This document shows, piece after piece, positions 53,484 through 60,107 of a stretch of 60,107 nucleotides of DNA. A program made the position numbers and the translations under genes. The stretch covers positions 92,266-152,372 of the forward strand of contig JBBTQS010000003.1 of NCBI GenBank assembly GCA_038065555.1, in the 5' to 3' direction. Position 1 is the first letter of the stretch, and every line of letters begins with the position of its first letter. Below the pieces are notes generated by a model, which saw only the letters and a list, made by a program, of their open reading frames with translations, made no database searches and was not told the origin of the DNA. The stretch comes from Patescibacteria group bacterium. Lineage in GTDB: Bacteria > Patescibacteriota > Patescibacteriia > Magasanikbacterales > JBBTQS01.

Positions 53484-53906
53484 ATGCAAAAACAAACAGT
53501 TACACTCATTATCGTTGCGATTGTCGCCTTGCTCATTGGATTTGGCATCTGCTGTGGCTTGCGTGTGTGTGGTATGTGGGGATCGAACAATACGATGCCA
53601 ATGTCAGGCATGCACATGATGTCCGACGGTACGATGATGTCGAATACGCAGGGACAATCCGCGAGTATGCACTCCATGATGATGGACATGAACGCACAGT
53701 TGCGTGGCAAGTCTGGAGACGCATTTGATCAAGCATTCCTTGCAGAAATGATTGTGCACCACGAGGGCGCAGTTGAGATGGCAGAACTTGCGCTCAAGAA
53801 TGCAAAGCATCAAGAGATCATTGATTTGGCAAAAGCGATTATCGCTGCGCAGAACAAAGAAATCAGTGACATGCGATCGTGGGAGAAGCAGTGGTTCGGC
53901 CGCTAG
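53484..53906 (+). CDS. DUF305 family (four-helix-bundle, copper-binding-type) protein with Met-rich linker
   Basis: N-terminal TM helix; MPMSGMHMMSDGTMMSNTQGQSASMHSMMMDM; then DQAFLAEMIVHHEGAVEMA...AKAIIAAQNKEISDMRSW. Confidence 0.8.
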   Translation: MQKQTVTLIIVAIVALLIGFGICCGLRVCGMWGSNNTMPMSGMHMMSDGTMMSNTQGQSASMHSMMMDMNAQLRGKSGDAFDQAFLAEMIVHHEGAVEMAELALKNAKHQEIIDLAKAIIAAQNKEISDMRSWEKQWFGR

Positions 53907-53910
53907 TGTT

Positions 53911-53958
53911 ACAAAAAAACAATACCTCGTCGACATCGGCGAGGTATTGTTTTTTGTA
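53911..53958. terminator. Bidirectional terminator
   Basis: ACAAAAAAACAATACCTCG...CGAGGTATTGTTTTTTGT (about 18-bp stem). Confidence 0.7.
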
Positions 53959-53968
53959 CGGCTGAATA

Positions 53969-55642
53969 CTAGATCTTTGCAAAATGCGTAGCGGGAGTTG
54001 TGACTATCGGAGCAGGGATCTTCACGCCGAAATGCTTGAGCGCTTCTTCTGACTTTGTGAAGACGAGATTCTGTTCCTTGAGTGCGCGATACTTCGGAGA
54101 TACTTGCTCGAGGAATTCTGCAACAGGCTCATTGAGACTTGTGATGCAGATTTGCTGTCCGCGCTTTTGTACCAACTCGATGATTTCGTCGAGTGTCTCT
54201 GCACCATCGAGATCAATGAAGTACACACTGCGTAGGCGCAGGATTACAATCGAGTGCTTTTCCAATCCTTCTTCGAATCGGCTCAGGTGCGCGCGGCTAT
54301 TGATGTACACCAACTTGCCCTTGATTGAGTAGAGGAGAATGTCAGCTCGTTCGTGCAGATCGTGGAGTTTGTCGCCTTGAATATTCTTCACGATTCCTTG
54401 ATCAAACATGTTGAGCTTGAGGTCGAATTGGCCGCGAGACAACTTCTCAATGAAGATGAGGAGCGAGAGCGCGGTACCAAAGACGATACCAACGATCGGA
54501 TCCTGGTAGAACGTCACCGCTGCGACGATGAGCGAAATCCAGAATCCAGACTTCTGATACTGATAGAAGCGCACGAAATGTTCCTTCTCTACCATGTTGA
54601 TCGCAACGTACACGAGAATGGACGCGATTACGCTCATCGGAATGTAGGAGAAGTATCCGAGGAAGAGGAAGGAAATCGCTGCAAGGAAAATGGCGCTGAG
54701 CGCTGCAGAGACCTTGCTCGTCGCTCCGGTTTTGATATTGAGTGACGTTCGAGCGAGTGCTGCAGTTGCTGGGATACCACCCGCAAGACCTGAGACAACG
54801 TTGGCAAGACCCAGCCCGAGCATTTCCTTGCGTTCGTGATGCTTCGTGTGTGTCATGCCGTCAGCGATCTTTGCAGACAACATCGTCTCGAGAATTGCAA
54901 CGAGCGCGATTGCCGCTGCGCTCACAAAGAGCGTGGAGGAGAATTCCAAGTGAGGAGCTTGTACGAGTGTAAATGGAATGTCACCGAAGATGCTGCCAAG
55001 TGTTGCGATGTGTAGCCCAGGAATTACTCCAGTAATGGTGAGATACCCGAGGAGAATACCGATAGGAGACAAGAGGAGCGCGCCAGGAATGCGTGGGACG
55101 AATCGGCGCAGAACAAAGAGCATCACGAGGAAGAGTGTGAAGATCAGTGCTGTGCTCACAGACGCCTGCGAGATGTGGCGGAATGATTCTACGAGGTTGG
55201 AGAAGAAGTGTTCGTGCTTGGGCAATCCGTAGAGACCGAGTGCCGAATTGAACTGACCAAATCCGATCACCAGCGCAACACCCAACGTGAATCCATGGAT
55301 CACGCTCGATGGGATGAGGATGAGGTAGCGTTCCAACCGCAATGCGAATGCCACCAGAATGAGAAGGCCTACGAGAATGGTAAGTGTTGGGAGTGCTGCA
55401 GTTCCGTTGACCACAACATACGCTGCGATGAGACCTGATAATGCACCCGTTGGTCCAACAACATTGTAGTTGCTTCCACCGAAGAGTGCTGCGAACAATC
55501 CAGCCCAGATAGCCGTGATGATTCCAACAAGGGGAGTAGAACCCGAGGCAACTGCAAGCGAGATCGAGAGCGGCATCGCCACAAGCGATACAGTTAGTCC
55601 TGATTTCCAGTTTTCCTTTGCTTTCTCAATAACATTTTTCAT
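53969..55642 (-). CDS. SulP family anion transporter with C-terminal STAS domain
   Basis: Multi-TM SulP core (...SLAVASG..PLVGIITAIW...) and a STAS-like C-terminus (...LRLRSVYFIDLDGAETLDEIIE...). Confidence 0.9.
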   Translation of the reverse strand: MKNVIEKAKENWKSGLTVSLVAMPLSISLAVASGSTPLVGIITAIWAGLFAALFGGSNYNVVGPTGALSGLIAAYVVVNGTAALPTLTILVGLLILVAFALRLERYLILIPSSVIHGFTLGVALVIGFGQFNSALGLYGLPKHEHFFSNLVESFRHISQASVSTALIFTLFLVMLFVLRRFVPRIPGALLLSPIGILLGYLTITGVIPGLHIATLGSIFGDIPFTLVQAPHLEFSSTLFVSAAAIALVAILETMLSAKIADGMTHTKHHERKEMLGLGLANVVSGLAGGIPATAALARTSLNIKTGATSKVSAALSAIFLAAISFLFLGYFSYIPMSVIASILVYVAINMVEKEHFVRFYQYQKSGFWISLIVAAVTFYQDPIVGIVFGTALSLLIFIEKLSRGQFDLKLNMFDQGIVKNIQGDKLHDLHERADILLYSIKGKLVYINSRAHLSRFEEGLEKHSIVILRLRSVYFIDLDGAETLDEIIELVQKRGQQICITSLNEPVAEFLEQVSPKYRALKEQNLVFTKSEEALKHFGVKIPAPIVTTPATHFAKI

Positions 55643-55668
55643 AGGGACACACCGGTGCACGGTGTTGG

Positions 55669-55944
55669 TTAGGTTTTTTGGGACATGGTGAATACTTCGA
55701 GGAGTTCTTTGACAGCCTTCTTCTGCTCACTCTTCTTTTGCATCTGTTCTGTTACGTGGATCTTGAGATGGCTCTCCAGAAGGAGGTGATCCAAGCTCTT
55801 CAGAGAGCGCTGGATCGAAAGGGATTGAATGAGGAGTGATTGGCAGTAGGACTCGTTCTCAATCGCGCGAATGAAGGCCTCGAGCTGTCCCTTGATAATC
55901 TTGGTTCGGTGGAGCGCACGAGCCTTGATCTTTGGGTCAACCAT
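55669..55944 (-). CDS. CsoR/RcnR-family metal(loid)/stress-sensing repressor (DUF156)
   Basis: ...HRTKIIKGQLEAFIRAIENESYCQSLLIQSLSIQRSLKSLDHLLLESHL.... It has the family Cys and His but Glu where Cu-CsoR has its second Cys. Confidence 0.85.
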   Translation of the reverse strand: MVDPKIKARALHRTKIIKGQLEAFIRAIENESYCQSLLIQSLSIQRSLKSLDHLLLESHLKIHVTEQMQKKSEQKKAVKELLEVFTMSQKT

Positions 55945-55960
55945 AGAAAAAAGAGATTAA

Positions 55961-55979
55961 TATAGGGGGTACCCCTATA
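55961..55979. promoter_or_regulatory. CsoR-type operator (GC-tract inverted repeat)
   Basis: TATAGGGGGTACCCCTATA lies 17 nt upstream of the regulator ATG. Confidence 0.5.
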
Positions 55980-56092
55980 TGGTATATACACAGGTGTACT
56001 GCTGCGGCAGCGCGTTGTCAAGCGCGTACTAGACGTTATTGGCGAACTGCAACGAAACCAGGTATGCTGCGCAGGTATATAATCACTATTCT

Positions 56093-56608
56093 ATGGAAGC
56101 ACTGTATCAGTTCACGGTTCCGATGTTCGTCAAGCAATTGGGTGCGCTTCGCAATATTCTCGACAAGGTTGCAGCACACGCACAGGAGCAACACGTAGAT
56201 GAAATCACGATATTGCAGGACAAGCTTGCGCCAGACATGTTCACCTTCACGCGCCAGGTCCAAATCGCCTGCGATAATGCAAAAGGAGCGACAGCACGAT
56301 TGGCTGGTGTAGAAGTGCCAAAGCACGAAGACACGGAGACGACGGTTGCTCAGCTGCAGTCCCGCATCGACAAGACGCTCGAGTTCGTGAAGTCTGTCCC
56401 AGAAAGTGCATTTGCAGATGCAGCGACACGCCAGGTTACGTTGGCATTTCTTCCTGGTAAGTACATGACGGGGTATGACTACGCACGCGAGTACGCGATT
56501 CCAAACTTCTTGTTCCATGTCGTCACCGCATACGCACTTGCGCGACGTAACGGCGTACAGATTGGCAAAGCTGATTTCATGAATGGGTTGCCACTCAAGG
56601 ATCTCTAA
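56093..56608 (+). CDS. DUF1993 domain protein
   Basis: LYQFTVPMFVKQLGAL...LAPDMFTFTRQVQIACDNAKGATARLAGVEVP...YAIPNFLFHVVTAYALARRNGVQIGKADF. Confidence 0.85.
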   Translation: MEALYQFTVPMFVKQLGALRNILDKVAAHAQEQHVDEITILQDKLAPDMFTFTRQVQIACDNAKGATARLAGVEVPKHEDTETTVAQLQSRIDKTLEFVKSVPESAFADAATRQVTLAFLPGKYMTGYDYAREYAIPNFLFHVVTAYALARRNGVQIGKADFMNGLPLKDL

Positions 56609-56691
56609 AAAAGAAGCAACAGAATATCCCCAAATAGGGGATATTCTTGTATCAGTTGTACATTTGCCATGGAGGTTCTAGGATAGTGACT

Positions 56692-58554
56692 ATGGATCCG
56701 AGACTTACAACAACACTCAAAACGTATTTCGGCTACGACCAATTTCGTCCATTGCAGCAGGAAATTGTTGAACACGTGCTCAATGCGAAGGATTCTCTGG
56801 TGCTCATGCCAACAGGCGGTGGTAAATCGCTCTGTTTCCAATTGCCTGCACTCATGATGGATGGTGTAACTATTGTGGTGTCGCCGCTCATCTCACTCAT
56901 GAAGGATCAAGTTGATGCGTTGCAAGCCAATGGTGTTGCTGCTGAGCTCATCAATAGTTCGTTGCCATACAATGAGATTGTGCGTGTGATGGATCGAGTG
57001 AAGCAGGGCGCAGTGAAGGTGCTCTACATTGCTCCGGAGCGCTTGTCAGCGGTGGATTTCGAATCGTTTTTGCGTGCGCTGCCTATCAGCCTCTTCGCTA
57101 TTGATGAAGCGCATTGTATTTCGGAATGGGGACATGACTTCCGTCCCGAGTATCGCAACTTGCGGATGTTGCGGACGAAGTTCCCCACTGTGCCGATTAT
57201 TGCGCTTACGGCGACTGCAACAGAGAAGGTCCGTGCTGACATTCTCGCACAACTGCAGATTGCTGATGCGCGCGTGTTCATCTCCAGCTTCAATCGACCG
57301 AATTTGCGCTACGAGGTGATGCCGAAGAAGGACTCGTTGAAGTCTGTGCTGGCATTGCTTGCTGCATACAAGGATGAGAGCGTGATTATCTACTGTTTCT
57401 CACGTACGGACACAGAGAATCTCGTGGAGAATCTGCGCAAGCACGGACACACCGCGGTCGCATATCACGCGGGACTCAATGCCAACACGCGTCGTGAGAA
57501 CCAAGAGGCGTTCATCAAGGACGAAGTGAATATTGTTGTGGCAACGATCGCCTTCGGCATGGGGATCGATAAGCCAGATGTGCGCCTCGTGATCCATCAC
57601 AGTCTCCCGAAATCCGTCGAGGGGTATTACCAGGAGACGGGTCGTGCAGGTCGTGACGGATTGCCGTCACGATGTGTGCTGTTCTTCAGCTTCTCTGACA
57701 AATTCAAACACGATTACTTCATTCGTGGTATCAAGGATCCCGCAGAGCAACGCGCTGCGCGTGAGCATCTAGATCAGGTGTTGCAGTACGGCACATTGCA
57801 ACGGTGTCGTCGCGCATTCTTGCTCGAGTATTTTGCCGAGGAGTTCGCACAGAATAATTGTGGTGGGTGTGACGTATGTTCGCCGTCTGAACCGCTTGTG
57901 ATCACGCGGGTAACGACTCCGAAGTCACGCCGTGCGTCGACGGCGAGTGTCGAGGAGCCTGCAGCATATGACACAGCACTTTTTGAATTACTCCGAGGGA
58001 TTCGTATTGCAGAGGCGCGTCGTCTCAATGTGCCGCCGTATGTCGTGTTCGGGGACAAGGTTTTGCGAGAAATGGCTACAACATTCCCGCAGACACCCGC
58101 AGCATTTCTTGCCATGAGTGGAGTGGGCAATCAGAAGCTCATACAATTCGGCGAAATATTCATGACAGCGATTCGCCAGTACGTACAAGAGCATGCAATC
58201 GTTCCTCCAGCGGCAACGACACGCACATCCGTACAACGCTGGAGCAAGCCTGCAAGCGAGGGCAAAACATATCAAGAAACAAAACAGTACGTATTGCAGG
58301 GGATGACACTCGATGCCATTGCTCAGGCGCGAGGACTCAGCCCGACGACCATTGTCGGACACATCGAGTGGCTTGCGGCGCACGATACTGAAGTTGATTT
58401 GCAATATCTCAGACCCGCGTCAGATCGATTCGAGGCGATTGCGGATGCATTTGCGCAGACGGGCAGCACATTTCTCACGCCTGTGCGCACACTCCTGGGC
58501 GAGGAATATTCATTTGAGGAGATACGGTTGGTGCGAATGTTCATGGAGCGATAA
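56692..58554 (+). CDS. recQ: ATP-dependent DNA helicase RecQ
   Basis: TGGGKSLCFQLPA, FAIDEAHCISEWGHDFRPEY, helicase C domain, RQC zinc motif (CRRAFLLEYF...CGGCDVC) and HRDC. Confidence 0.95.
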   Translation: MDPRLTTTLKTYFGYDQFRPLQQEIVEHVLNAKDSLVLMPTGGGKSLCFQLPALMMDGVTIVVSPLISLMKDQVDALQANGVAAELINSSLPYNEIVRVMDRVKQGAVKVLYIAPERLSAVDFESFLRALPISLFAIDEAHCISEWGHDFRPEYRNLRMLRTKFPTVPIIALTATATEKVRADILAQLQIADARVFISSFNRPNLRYEVMPKKDSLKSVLALLAAYKDESVIIYCFSRTDTENLVENLRKHGHTAVAYHAGLNANTRRENQEAFIKDEVNIVVATIAFGMGIDKPDVRLVIHHSLPKSVEGYYQETGRAGRDGLPSRCVLFFSFSDKFKHDYFIRGIKDPAEQRAAREHLDQVLQYGTLQRCRRAFLLEYFAEEFAQNNCGGCDVCSPSEPLVITRVTTPKSRRASTASVEEPAAYDTALFELLRGIRIAEARRLNVPPYVVFGDKVLREMATTFPQTPAAFLAMSGVGNQKLIQFGEIFMTAIRQYVQEHAIVPPAATTRTSVQRWSKPASEGKTYQETKQYVLQGMTLDAIAQARGLSPTTIVGHIEWLAAHDTEVDLQYLRPASDRFEAIADAFAQTGSTFLTPVRTLLGEEYSFEEIRLVRMFMER

Positions 58555-58584
58555 TTTTACACGCCGCACAGATTCAGAATATAC

Positions 58585-58617
58585 AAACCCCGCATCGTGT
58601 AAAACGTGCGGGGTTTT
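58585..58617 (+). terminator. recQ terminator
   Basis: AAACCCCGCA-tcgtgtaaaacg-TGCGGGGTTT followed by T. Confidence 0.65.
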
Positions 58618-58636
58618 GCGAACGCTCGGTTGTCGT

Positions 58637-59065
58637 TCAGTCCCGGGGGAATTCCTCGAAGACTGGTGGGAGACCTGACTTGCCTCCGCCGATGAGACCA
58701 GGCGTCCAGTACACAGCGCCTCGCTTCGAGCACAGGGCGATGATCTCATCTGCTGTGTACACGTGCGCCCGGAGGCTCGAGTGTGGGTCTGGCTCCTGCA
58801 TGCTGAAGGCGGTTCCGGTTTCGGCGTGAACCAGCATGAGCACTTTCGAGACCCGAGCGTCCCGCTTTTCGAGCACCTCCCAGACGTGTCTGAGCAATGC
58901 TCGATCCCGGACCAGAACCGGTGAATGTGTGTCGCTGGCCAGGGCGGTGAAGGCTCCTGTGGTCTGAGTTACGAGCTCGAGGAAGGTGCACTCGGCAATT
59001 TCCCAGCCCGCGAGATCTCGTCCGTGTAGGCTGCCCAGAGAATAGAGTTCGGTGACGGCTTGCAT
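58637..59065 (-). CDS. Hypothetical protein, 142 aa, GC3-rich
   Basis: AAGGTGAG RBS before the ATG; no family recognised. Confidence 0.55.
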   Translation of the reverse strand: MQAVTELYSLGSLHGRDLAGWEIAECTFLELVTQTTGAFTALASDTHSPVLVRDRALLRHVWEVLEKRDARVSKVLMLVHAETGTAFSMQEPDPHSSLRAHVYTADEIIALCSKRGAVYWTPGLIGGGKSGLPPVFEEFPRD

Positions 59066-59148
59066 TGCGTTATCTCACCTTGTCGTGTTGAGTTGGAGCC
59101 GAACAGAATATTCGGACTGGAGATACCGTACACTTTCTATTGATTACG

Positions 59149-59430
59149 TCAATTCACCTTGCTTAGGGTGTATACATAGCTCTTGCCTTTCTTCCAGCTC
59201 AGCCACTTTCCCAGTGGGGGCATAGTCGCGTCCGTGTCTCTGGTTTCTGGGAACGGCCAGCTCACCTGATTTTCTTCCTCGTCCAGGACGCACCAACCTA
59301 TGTGATCGATGTACACAACGACGATGTTCTTGTCTTCTCTGCGCCAGCGCGGTCGGTCATTGTATGTTCCGTCGAGGTGAAATGTGTAGACGACTTCGTC
59401 GTTGTCGCGGTGGAATTGGAGGGTGTTCAT
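59149..59430 (-). CDS. Hypothetical protein, about 93 aa
   Basis: Start taken at the internal ATG (MNTLQFHRDN...), with a weak RBS; no family recognised. Confidence 0.45.
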   Translation of the reverse strand: MNTLQFHRDNDEVVYTFHLDGTYNDRPRWRREDKNIVVVYIDHIGWCVLDEEENQVSWPFPETRDTDATMPPLGKWLSWKKGKSYVYTLSKVN

Positions 59431-59515
59431 ATTACGTTTTCTTTCATTGTGAGTGCAGTGGCACAATTCGGGAATGCTCTTACATCGAGGCTTTTAGTGT
59501 ACAGATAATAAATGC

Positions 59516-60064
59516 TTACAGATATCCTAACTTGCCAAACATCTCAATGGACGGAGGATTCAATTTTGCAAACTTTAATTCAGACAACTCGAACCACTGG
59601 TATTCCGTAAATTCGCGCTGATCAAGTGTGACTACAATTTGATCAGCAGGCTTGTCTAACACTACCTTGTAGGTAAAGAATCTCATTTTCGCCAGTACTT
59701 TTTCTCCAGTATCAGAAAGAGTCTTCTCCGCTGTGCCTGTCATCACATGGTCTATCGCTTCAACCTGAAACGGGGTGATATCAATGCCAATTTCCTCTAG
59801 AACCTCGCGCACGAGTGCCTGCTCTTTTGTCTCTCCTGCCTCTATTGCGCCACCTGGTATTTTCCAGCTATCGCCATATATTACCGCGGCCTCTGGATGT
59901 GTGTTTCTCGCCATCAGCAACTTCCCATCACTGGAATAAACATGTGCTGCAACAATTTCTCGGTCGATGGTTCTCATAAGAGTTCTAACCTGCTGCGGTG
60001 TGTATTGGACGAAGTTCGAATGTATTTCGGGCAAAATCCGCAGGATTTTGACGACTAATCGCAC
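59516..60064 (-). CDS. NUDIX hydrolase
   Basis: Nudix box GGAIEAGETKEQALVREVLEEIGI. The start is uncertain; MRTIDRE is an internal alternative. Confidence 0.75.
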   Translation of the reverse strand: MRLVVKILRILPEIHSNFVQYTPQQVRTLMRTIDREIVAAHVYSSDGKLLMARNTHPEAAVIYGDSWKIPGGAIEAGETKEQALVREVLEEIGIDITPFQVEAIDHVMTGTAEKTLSDTGEKVLAKMRFFTYKVVLDKPADQIVVTLDQREFTEYQWFELSELKFAKLNPPSIEMFGKLGYL

Positions 60065-60107
60065 GCGCGGAGCGCGTGGTGGCTCTAAACCTCTCCGTAC
60101 GCCCCGA

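Overview
Origin-proximal chromosomal window of a small-genome bacterium. The gene content looks Patescibacteria/CPR-like; this is an inference from tandem T4SS-pilin-like genes, a CxxC-x17-CxxC protein and compact housekeeping operons. Core genes are yidD-rnpA-rpmH and dnaA-dnaN with DnaA-box clusters, PBP1A, polA-holA, rpsT, rmuC, ychF, lspA, a dksA-like gene, pnp-rpsO, xerC, malic enzyme, nhaA, a GH3 glycosidase, galU, xseAB, engB, lexA and recQ. There are four tRNAs (Cys, Arg-CCT, Arg-TCT, His). I saw no rRNA, CRISPR array, transposase or phage integrase. The observations most worth a second look are: (i) about ten visibly GC3-rich orphan genes with foreign-looking codon usage, several checked ones carrying host-style promoters or hairpin terminators; the most extreme is a 352-aa unknown between tRNA-Cys and polA. 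(ii) Five tandem VirB2/TrbC-like pilin paralogues. (iii) A 150-nt element closed by a perfect 22-bp stem directly abutting tRNA-Arg(TCT), and a ~300-nt hairpin-dense noncoding tract upstream of the dksA-like gene. (iv) Clusters of DnaA-box-like TGTGnAnAA 9-mers far from dnaA. (v) A diverged direct duplication of DUF4241-like genes bracketing a deoxyribosyltransferase-like gene. (vi) A PNP-family gene near a possible CitG-like gene. (vii) A CsoR-family regulator lacking the second Cys, in an operon with a SulP transporter. All calls come from reading motifs by eye; no searches or computations beyond simple counting were run.
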